Shown in pieces: positions 46,382 through 53,515 of a stretch of 64,000 nt of DNA. The position numbers and the translations under genes are program-made. The notes under the pieces are model-generated. The model was given only the letters and a program-made list of their open reading frames with translations. It ran no database searches and was not told the DNA's origin. Position 1 is the first letter of the stretch, and every line of letters begins with the position of its first letter. Source of the DNA: a virus (taxonomy: Duplodnaviria > Heunggongvirae > Uroviricota > Caudoviricetes); IMG/VR virus record IMGVR_UViG_2595698888_000001, positions 64,001 through 128,000 of that record. One strand, written 5' to 3'.

Positions 46382-46717
46382 ATGATCCATCATACTATTG
46401 TTTATAACGATAACATCGCTGTGTCAGAAGAATTAGAATTTCATACTTTCGATTCATTTGACAAACTTGAAAAATTTATTGGAAATGATAATGTAAGTTT
46501 TCGAACTACATATTCAAAAGAAGGTAATTCATTCAAGGTTCATTCGCATGGCGTTCACAATGGTGTGCAATTCGATGCACATGTAGTTGATGATGATATG
46601 TATAAAGGTGTTGATCTCATGGTTGCTAAGTTGGAATCCCAGCTTCGCAAAGAGAAAGGTAAACGTACTAACATCAATCGTGATGTTGACGTAAGTACTG
46701 AAGATAATGAAGAATAA
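46382..46717 (+). CDS. ribosome hibernation factor HPF/RaiA (S30AE)-like protein
   Basis: C-terminal DDMYKGVDLMVAKLESQLRKEKGK matches DMYxAID..KLERQLRKxK. Confidence 0.78.
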   Translation: MIHHTIVYNDNIAVSEELEFHTFDSFDKLEKFIGNDNVSFRTTYSKEGNSFKVHSHGVHNGVQFDAHVVDDDMYKGVDLMVAKLESQLRKEKGKRTNINRDVDVSTEDNEE

Positions 46718-46721
46718 ACCC

Positions 46722-46782
46722 TTGACAGTACAATAAAAACGTGTTACATTATAGGACAGACAGAAATGTACTGTCCTTTTTT
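46722..46782 (+). promoter_or_regulatory. sigma70 promoter overlapping a terminator hairpin
   Basis: TTGACA-17-TACATT, then AGGACAG-ACA-GAAA-TGT-A-CTGTCCT plus T run. Confidence 0.75.
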
Positions 46783-46800
46783 ATTTTAAGGTATTTTTTA

Positions 46801-47196
46801 ATGGCTATTTATATTAAAGACATAACCATAGAATCTGACCCATATGGTCGTTATAGGGTTAAGTACAAAGATAAAGCTGTTATTCTTGAACGTTATGTTT
46901 TCAATCAGTTATATGATATGAATGATCACGTACAAATATATAAGTTTTTAGTTCAAAATTTTTTCCATGAGAAACCAGAAATGATGTATGATGAATATTT
47001 CGGTACTGATTCATATGAATTAGACCTCGAAACAGAACGAATTAAAAAGCTTAAAGCAGAAAAGTTTGAAAGCGGTATACTAGGTGAAAAAGGTACAAAC
47101 CAAACTCAATCACCCAAAGAATTAAGTAGAAAAAATCTTAATTCAACATTTTGGGGTTCGATGATAATACAGGATATTATTGATGCTAACAGTTGA
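46801..47196 (+). CDS. hypothetical protein (start revised to ATG 46801)
   Basis: AAGG RBS. The upstream GTG of the track ORF lies inside the promoter. Confidence 0.7.
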   Translation: MAIYIKDITIESDPYGRYRVKYKDKAVILERYVFNQLYDMNDHVQIYKFLVQNFFHEKPEMMYDEYFGTDSYELDLETERIKKLKAEKFESGILGEKGTNQTQSPKELSRKNLNSTFWGSMIIQDIIDANS

Positions 47197-47392
47197 TAAA
47201 ATGTTCGAATACGATTTTGGATTTGATTATTCGGATGGCGATAGCTCTGCAAAACAGATGGAAAAAAGATTAAGTTCTATTAGAGAAGAACTTAGCCGAG
47301 AACACCATAATAAAGTACTCATAGAAATTCATCAGAAGAATCAAAGCTTTTGGTATTCGCTCATTAAAGAAGATATTTTAACTAAGGTGTAA
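47180..47392 (+). CDS. small hypothetical protein
   Basis: About 70 aa, overlapping the upstream stop. Confidence 0.6.
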   Translation: MMLTVDKMFEYDFGFDYSDGDSSAKQMEKRLSSIREELSREHHNKVLIEIHQKNQSFWYSLIKEDILTKV

Positions 47393-47394
47393 AG

Positions 47395-48510
47395 ATGAAA
47401 AAATATATTGTAGGTGGTTTTGTACGTGACAAATTGCTTGGCCTCCAACCGAAAGACAAAGATTATGTACTGGTAGGTGCTAAACCAAAAGATATTTCAT
47501 ATCTTGAAAGCATTGGTTACAAACAAGTTGGTGCAGATTTTCCGGTATATTTGTCGCCTGAAGGTGATGAATATGCACTTGCACGTATTGAACGTAAAAC
47601 TGGTACTGGATACGATGGTTTTTCTGTTGAAACCCAGGGTGTAACTTTGGAACAAGATTTATTCCGTCGAGATTTAACTATCAATGCTATTGCTTGGGAC
47701 CCAATTACTAAAACCCATATCGACCCATATAAAGGCAAAGAAGATCTAAAAAATAAAGTACTGAAACATGTATCAGATGCATTCAAAGAAGATCCACTTC
47801 GTGTTCTGCGTCTTGCACGTTTCGCTGCTCGTTATGCTGATTTTAAAGTTCATAAAGATACAGATTCTATGGTTCGCCAAATGGTTAAAAATGGTGAAAT
47901 TAATCATCTTACAAAAGAACGTGTATACGTTGAATTTGAAAAAGCGTTTTCTGAACAAAAGCCAAGCATCTTTTTGAAATATTTGAAAGATATTGGTGCG
48001 TTAACAGTGCTGTTGCCTGGTTTTGATGCAACACAAAAAGAACTTGAACTAATTGACCATATTGTAAATACAAGCTCTGAACAGTACCGTGATGAGTTTA
48101 TTTGGTCTGTTATTCTTTCTAAATGTACTGCGAATAACGATTATGTGGTTGGTGGTATTAAATTACCAGCCCGTATGGTGAAATTCAGTAACTTCATTAA
48201 AAAGCACAGTGAAAATCTATTAAAATTCAGGAAGAAAAAGCCGGAAGAAATGGTAGAATTGTTCAGTGCAATGAATGTTAAAAATAATGGTGGAGAAGAA
48301 TTCCTTTATAAAGTAACTGAATACTTCATTATTCGCCGCGAAATGGATAATGAACTTGAAGATTTGATTGTAAAAGTTTTTGATCGTTATACTGATGCAC
48401 CTGTTGGTAACATTGAGGAAATGGTAAAAACTGGCGAACTCAAATCAAGTGATATTCGTAATTACGTTAAAGACATTCAGCTAACTGAAGTTAAGAAAAT
48501 GTTCTCGTAA
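47395..48510 (+). CDS. cca: CCA-adding tRNA nucleotidyltransferase (short form, no HD domain recognised)
   Basis: VGGFVRDKLLG..KDKDYV, DLFRRDLTINAIA, EDPLRVLRLARFAAR, ERVYVEF. Confidence 0.93.
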   Translation: MKKYIVGGFVRDKLLGLQPKDKDYVLVGAKPKDISYLESIGYKQVGADFPVYLSPEGDEYALARIERKTGTGYDGFSVETQGVTLEQDLFRRDLTINAIAWDPITKTHIDPYKGKEDLKNKVLKHVSDAFKEDPLRVLRLARFAARYADFKVHKDTDSMVRQMVKNGEINHLTKERVYVEFEKAFSEQKPSIFLKYLKDIGALTVLLPGFDATQKELELIDHIVNTSSEQYRDEFIWSVILSKCTANNDYVVGGIKLPARMVKFSNFIKKHSENLLKFRKKKPEEMVELFSAMNVKNNGGEEFLYKVTEYFIIRREMDNELEDLIVKVFDRYTDAPVGNIEEMVKTGELKSSDIRNYVKDIQLTEVKKMFS

Positions 48511-48514
48511 ATTT

Positions 48515-48544
48515 ATGAAACGAAAATAAAAAATATGGTATATT
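48515..48544 (+). promoter_or_regulatory. extended -10 promoter
   Basis: ATGAAAC-N13-ATGGTATATT. Confidence 0.6.
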
Positions 48545-48577
48545 ATAGGTATCTGATAATTTTAGTGAGAAATTCAT

Positions 48578-49006
48578 ATGCGTTATACATGTGGAATAAT
48601 TTTTTACCGCGACGGTCAGATACTTATAGGCCATACAACTGGTCAATCACATTGGGATCTTCCTAAAGGAAAAACCGAAGACGGAGAAACCTATAAAGAA
48701 GCCGCAGTTCGTGAATGCTATGAAGAAACTGGATTAGAAATCGCAGAAGATGACCTTCTCTTAATTGGGGAGGTTGCTTATCGTAAGGGAAAGCGTTTAG
48801 TTCTTTTCTTTTATACAGCATCGGACAAACCTGATGTTGAACAGTTGGAATGTCTTAGTACATATACAAACCGTTACGGTCAAGAAAAACCAGAACTAGA
48901 CAAGTTTATGTATATAGACGTAGAAGATTGTCAGTACTATCTAACGGAGCGTATGTGTAATAGTATAATTAAGGCTGTCACACAATTCATGGAAAATAAA
49001 ATTTAA
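48578..49006 (+). CDS. Nudix hydrolase
   Basis: Canonical Nudix box GKTEDGETYKEAAVRECYEETGL. Confidence 0.92.
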   Translation: MRYTCGIIFYRDGQILIGHTTGQSHWDLPKGKTEDGETYKEAAVRECYEETGLEIAEDDLLLIGEVAYRKGKRLVLFFYTASDKPDVEQLECLSTYTNRYGQEKPELDKFMYIDVEDCQYYLTERMCNSIIKAVTQFMENKI

Positions 49007-49031
49007 AATAAAAACATAATAAGGGAATATT

Positions 49032-49268
49032 ATGAACGTAAAAATGTATGGTCGTGCACAAGGATGTAAGTTTTGTGATCGTGCTAAACTCATTTGTGAA
49101 ATGAATGGGTTCAACTTAGAATTTATTGATATTGAAGCACAAGGTCTAAGTGCTGAAGATTTAGCAGAAATCATCGGTACTCCAGTTCGCACAGTACCGC
49201 AAATTTTCGTAGATGAACAGTACGTTGGAGGATGTGATAAGTTCGAAGCTTTTCTAAAAGGAGAATAA
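49032..49268 (+). CDS. glutaredoxin
   Basis: CKFC active site and TVPQIFV..YVGG. Confidence 0.93.
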   Translation: MNVKMYGRAQGCKFCDRAKLICEMNGFNLEFIDIEAQGLSAEDLAEIIGTPVRTVPQIFVDEQYVGGCDKFEAFLKGE

Positions 49269-49269
49269 T

Positions 49270-49683
49270 ATGAGTCTATTTAAGACCATTCAAGCTGAAC
49301 GTCAAAGTGCACTCGGTCAGAACCGAGTTAAATATAGTCTATTTGGTGTAATCATTGCAGAAGTACAACGCAAAACAACTTCAAGTGAAGTTGATGATTC
49401 TGTTGTAATTCAAGTTATCAAAAAACTACTAGAAAGTGTTAATGAAACTCTTGCAGTAGCAACTTCTGAACAACCTGAACTAGAACAAGAAAAAGTACTT
49501 CTAACCAATCTCCTACCTAAGCAGCTAACTAATGATGAACTACTTGCTATTATGCAAGAAGCAATTGCCGCTGATCCATCAATGGCAGAGAAAAAGAATA
49601 TGTTCCCATACCTAAAAGCTAACTTTGATGGTCAGTATAATGGTAAGGATGCAAATACTCTATTCAGTCAATTAGGTGCGTAA
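49270..49683 (+). CDS. GatB/YqeY-domain protein
   Basis: DDSVVIQVIKK...EKVLLTNLLPKQLT.DEL pattern. Confidence 0.78.
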   Translation: MSLFKTIQAERQSALGQNRVKYSLFGVIIAEVQRKTTSSEVDDSVVIQVIKKLLESVNETLAVATSEQPELEQEKVLLTNLLPKQLTNDELLAIMQEAIAADPSMAEKKNMFPYLKANFDGQYNGKDANTLFSQLGA

Positions 49684-49684
49684 T

Positions 49685-50029
49685 ATGAAAAGACAGGATT
49701 CGTCAGATATTAATGCGTATATTCTTGATGAAGATACTCATTATAAAGTTAATAAATCTCACTTTACGTTAGGTGAACGAAATATTCGCGATATGCAGCA
49801 ACGCCATCAGGATCGTTTAAAGAAAGTAAAAGAACTTGCTGAGCAATTGGGTGTTGAATATGAGCCATGCTTACCAAGTGCAGAAACTGTAATTCATAAT
49901 GCTGAACTGATACAAAAGTATCATCAAAACAAAGAGTTATATGATTCTGTACTAGGACAAGTACTATCAGTATGCACACCTGAAGAAGTTATAAAATATA
50001 TCGATGAGCAATTGAATAGCCCTAAATAA
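49685..50029 (+). CDS. hypothetical protein
   Basis: ATG immediately after the YqeY stop. Confidence 0.7.
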   Translation: MKRQDSSDINAYILDEDTHYKVNKSHFTLGERNIRDMQQRHQDRLKKVKELAEQLGVEYEPCLPSAETVIHNAELIQKYHQNKELYDSVLGQVLSVCTPEEVIKYIDEQLNSPK

Positions 50030-50076
50030 TATTGAAGGAAACAAATTCCTTCAGATTACAATTTGGGAGAGAAATT

Positions 50077-50319
50077 ATGCTTAGTTTCCGTGAAAAATTA
50101 GCCAATGGCATTTTTGAAAGTGTTAAATCGACTGTATCAATTCCTAAAAAATCAGCATTTTTGGGTACGATTACTGAAGATGGGTATTGCGACTATGACG
50201 TACCCGAAGACACATGGTACTTATCGAAAGATAATAAACGCGGCACGAGACTTCACCAAAGTAATATTGCAAGAAAACATCGTAAAGAGACAAAACGAAT
50301 CCGTTTCGGATTAGAATAA
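50077..50319 (+). CDS. hypothetical basic protein
   Basis: GGGAG RBS before ATG 50077. Confidence 0.65.
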   Translation: MLSFREKLANGIFESVKSTVSIPKKSAFLGTITEDGYCDYDVPEDTWYLSKDNKRGTRLHQSNIARKHRKETKRIRFGLE

Positions 50320-50322
50320 TTC

Positions 50323-50349
50323 AAAGGGCATCTTAGGATGCCCTTTTTT
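50323..50349 (+). terminator. intrinsic terminator
   Basis: AAAGGGCATC-TTAG-GATGCCCTTT followed by TTT. Confidence 0.88.
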
Positions 50350-50363
50350 CAATTGAGGCATAT

Positions 50364-50861
50364 ATGATTAATCATCACGTAGGTAATCTGTTTGAGTTAG
50401 TACTTAATCAACAACGATGGGAAGAAGACGTACATTTCATTATTCATGGATGTAATGCACAGGGTCGAATGGGTTCTGGATTTGCTAAAGAACTTCGTTC
50501 TCGCTTCCCAGGGGCGTATGATGAGTATGATGCAGCATATAAAGCTGGTAATAATCATCTAGATATTGGAACCGTGATTTATCATGCAGCAGAAACAGAC
50601 CTGATAATTGCTAACGCTATTACCCAAGAATTCTATGGGCGTGATGGTGCTAAATATGTCAGCTATGATGCGATTGATTCTATCTTCAAAGAACTGAATA
50701 ATACTGCATCAGTATTAAAAGAACTTTCAGGGAAGGAAGCTGTTCATTTCCATTTCCCTAAAATTGGTTCAGATTTAGGTGGTGGTAACTGGAATGTTAT
50801 TGCTGAAATTATTGACCACCGTGTAACTGAAGCAACAAAAAATCTGTATGAACTAAATTAA
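50364..50861 (+). CDS. macrodomain protein (T4 Tk.4/DarG-like ADP-ribose binding or hydrolysis)
   Basis: GNLF, IIHGCNAQGRMGSGFAK, FPKIGSDLGGGNW. Confidence 0.85.
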   Translation: MINHHVGNLFELVLNQQRWEEDVHFIIHGCNAQGRMGSGFAKELRSRFPGAYDEYDAAYKAGNNHLDIGTVIYHAAETDLIIANAITQEFYGRDGAKYVSYDAIDSIFKELNNTASVLKELSGKEAVHFHFPKIGSDLGGGNWNVIAEIIDHRVTEATKNLYELN

Positions 50862-50887
50862 TTACAAACAACACAAGGAAGTGTATT

Positions 50888-51214
50888 ATGTCTAATGACG
50901 CAAGCAATGTTAAACTACTTTTTATCAATGGTATTGGTCCAATCATCGCTACTATTCAAAACGATGTAACTGACGCAATCGTAGTTCGAAACCCATGCCA
51001 ATTTGGTCTTGATGAGCAGAATGAACTAGCGATTCGCGATTATCTTGAAGGTATTAGTAATCCAGAAAAAGATGTTATTTTCATGAAGTATAACATTGTT
51101 TCGGTAACTACACCAGTAGCTGAAATTGCAAATGCATATATCAGTGCACTAGAAGCACTACAAGATAATAGTCCAAAACTAATTGTACCAGAAAACAAAA
51201 TTATCACAAGGTAA
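50888..51214 (+). CDS. hypothetical protein (possibly Sm-like)
   Basis: 108 aa, AAGGAAG RBS, ends KLIVPE.. Confidence 0.7.
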   Translation: MSNDASNVKLLFINGIGPIIATIQNDVTDAIVVRNPCQFGLDEQNELAIRDYLEGISNPEKDVIFMKYNIVSVTTPVAEIANAYISALEALQDNSPKLIVPENKIITR

Positions 51215-51217
51215 ACC

Positions 51218-51580
51218 ATGAGTGTAAGTCAAGCTATCGTGATTGTAAAAGGTCAATCACCAATGGATTTAGTGCGTATGTCTATTCGTGCTGGTATGGA
51301 AATTATGTATCAATTTGATCCAACACGCTCTGCATATGCAGGTGCTGCTGAACATAAACAATTTGAAAAAGACTTTGCAGAATGGTCAAGTACTGGATAT
51401 GAACAAAATGTCTATGTAGCTGACGAATCTGAAATGTTGAATGAAATTGAAATGTTTTGTAATATGGAAGGTGCACCAACTAATTTTATCGACGGTGAAT
51501 CTGAAACTATGATTCTAGTTGTGGGTCCATTTGATTCTTCACGATTGAATTACTTTACACAAAACTGCATTAAGATTTAA
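51218..51580 (+). CDS. divergent Pth2 (peptidyl-tRNA hydrolase II)-like protein
   Basis: SQAIVIV at the N-terminus, internal W..G, and C-terminal ILVVGP..RLNYFT resemble the Pth2 scaffold. The catalytic GK..AQ..H motif is not evident. Confidence 0.4.
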   Translation: MSVSQAIVIVKGQSPMDLVRMSIRAGMEIMYQFDPTRSAYAGAAEHKQFEKDFAEWSSTGYEQNVYVADESEMLNEIEMFCNMEGAPTNFIDGESETMILVVGPFDSSRLNYFTQNCIKI

Positions 51581-51587
51581 AGATTAT

Positions 51588-51628
51588 CCCCTAAATATGA
51601 TATACAAACATGTTTAGGGGTATTTTTT
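51588..51628 (+). promoter_or_regulatory. late promoter TAAATA embedded in a terminator hairpin
   Basis: CCCCTAAATATG...CATGTTTAGGGG plus T run, with TAAATA at 51592-51597. Confidence 0.7.
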
Positions 51629-52414
51629 ATGTCTTATAATTACGCTGGTAATCCAGATTCTCCACAGTACGATCACCGTGAAGAAATGAAACGTGTTATT
51701 ACTGTTATGCTAGGTGCAGGTGCAGTTGAAGTTGAAATAACAGATGAACAGTTAGAAATTTGTATCGATAATGCTGTAGCAAACTATCGTGCATGGGCTG
51801 CTGCTTCGAAAGAAGAAGCATTCTTACATATGAAATTCTATGAATCTGATTCAGTTTATGAACTTCCAACTGAAGTTGAAATTGTTAAAAGAATTTATCG
51901 TCGTGGTAATGGCGTAGTTTCAGGTTCAGGTGCGACTGTAGATCCATTCTCATTAGCATATAGTAATACATATCTATTAAGTGCAGTTCGTGGTTCAACT
52001 GGTGGTGGACTATTAACATATGATTTATATCATCAGTTTGATGAAACTGTTGGTCGTATGTTTGGTCGTGAAATCATGTTTCTTTGGAACTCAGTAACTA
52101 AGAAGTTGACTCTAGAACGTGATATTCGTGGTGAAGAAGAAGTACTTCTACACGTATTCCATAATAAACCAGAACCAATTTTATTCAAAACTCAAAGTAC
52201 TTATCCGTGGTTACGTGATTGGGCTTTATCAGAAGCGATGATGATTCTTGGTCGTAACCGTTCTAAATTCGCAACTCTACCAGGGCCACAAGGTTCCTTC
52301 TCAATGGATGGTGCAGATTTACTACAAAATGCCATTCGTATGCAACAAGAACTTCGCGACCGTTTACGTAAGTATGAAGATGGTAGCACACCATTAGGCT
52401 TCATTATTGGTTAA
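51629..52414 (+). CDS. neck/head-tail connector protein (T4 gp13-like)
   Basis: LGAGAVEVEITDEQLEICIDNA..Y, WLRDWAL..LGRNRSKF.TLPGPQG..DG..L. Late promoter and position ahead of the tail genes. Confidence 0.78.
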   Translation: MSYNYAGNPDSPQYDHREEMKRVITVMLGAGAVEVEITDEQLEICIDNAVANYRAWAAASKEEAFLHMKFYESDSVYELPTEVEIVKRIYRRGNGVVSGSGATVDPFSLAYSNTYLLSAVRGSTGGGLLTYDLYHQFDETVGRMFGREIMFLWNSVTKKLTLERDIRGEEEVLLHVFHNKPEPILFKTQSTYPWLRDWALSEAMMILGRNRSKFATLPGPQGSFSMDGADLLQNAIRMQQELRDRLRKYEDGSTPLGFIIG

Positions 52415-52452
52415 TATAAATACACCATGATTGAAAATGTTATGGTGATATT

Positions 52453-52704
52453 ATGCGTTACGAAGCTTTTATGGGAACAGATGAATTTTTATATAGTGGT
52501 GAAAGCGGTGAGATTTCAACAAAAATGTTGAAGTTCATGGAAGCTATTACAGATGAAAACGAAGCTGGTACATTTGAAATAAAAGAAGAAGTAGTTGGTG
52601 GCATACCACTATATTATGCTTCAGTTTGCTTTCCTGATTGGGCTGAAGCACTATTTTTAATTCAATTTTATGAATACAGTTGGGAACTTTTGGAAGAATC
52701 TTAA
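52453..52704 (+). CDS. small acidic hypothetical protein
   Basis: 83 aa, TATAAATA upstream. Confidence 0.65.
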   Translation: MRYEAFMGTDEFLYSGESGEISTKMLKFMEAITDENEAGTFEIKEEVVGGIPLYYASVCFPDWAEALFLIQFYEYSWELLEES

Positions 52705-52742
52705 TAGGGGTTCTTCCTTTTTTCGTTTAAAGGAAAGACAAT

Positions 52743-53429
52743 ATGGAACGTAAATTAGTAGCAATTAATGGAACTATTGGATCAGGAAAAGATACCTTTT
52801 CTCAAGTTTTCATTGACAATGGTTTTTATAGAGTATCATTTGCAGAAACATTAAAAGATGCGGTTTCGGCTATTTTTGGTTGGGATCGTGAAATGTTAGA
52901 AGGTACTACAGATGAATCACGTAAAATTCGTGAACAACCAGACGAGTACTGGTCAAGTAAGCTTGGTCGTGATGTAACTCCACGCTGGGTACTTCAAAAT
53001 CTCGGTACTGATGTTCTCCGTCGGCGTTTTCATGATAATATTTGGGTCTTCGCCGCAGAAAATAAAATTAGGAATCTTCCATGTGACCGTGTAATAATTA
53101 CTGATTGTCGTTTTCCAAATGAATTAAAAATGATTCGTGAAAATAACGGAACAGTTATTGAAGTTCAGCGAGTATTACCCGATTGGTATTGGGATGCATA
53201 TGCTTATAACTTAGAAACTGAGCGAATACTAGCCGGATACCCATTAGATGATGAGTTAGATAGAATGTTTGGTATTACTACTGATGTTCCTCCATCTATG
53301 AAAAATGTTCATTCATCTGAATATGGCTGGGTTGGCATTAATCGCCCTGATTATATAGTAGAAAATAACAGTACTATCGATGCATTGCACTCTCAGGCGT
53401 ACTCCATTCTCAGTAATATCATCAAGTAA
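52743..53429 (+). CDS. deoxynucleoside monophosphate kinase (T4 gp1-like)
   Basis: GTIGSGKDT, SFAETLKD, TPRWVLQNLGTD, ITDCRFPNE, HSSE. Confidence 0.9.
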   Translation: MERKLVAINGTIGSGKDTFSQVFIDNGFYRVSFAETLKDAVSAIFGWDREMLEGTTDESRKIREQPDEYWSSKLGRDVTPRWVLQNLGTDVLRRRFHDNIWVFAAENKIRNLPCDRVIITDCRFPNELKMIRENNGTVIEVQRVLPDWYWDAYAYNLETERILAGYPLDDELDRMFGITTDVPPSMKNVHSSEYGWVGINRPDYIVENNSTIDALHSQAYSILSNIIK

Positions 53430-53515
53430 GTTTACTTTACGCACGTAAGTTTAAATCCTTCAATAAATAACATTATACGAATATTCGAATAAACCCAAAA
53501 TTTTTGGAGGATTAA

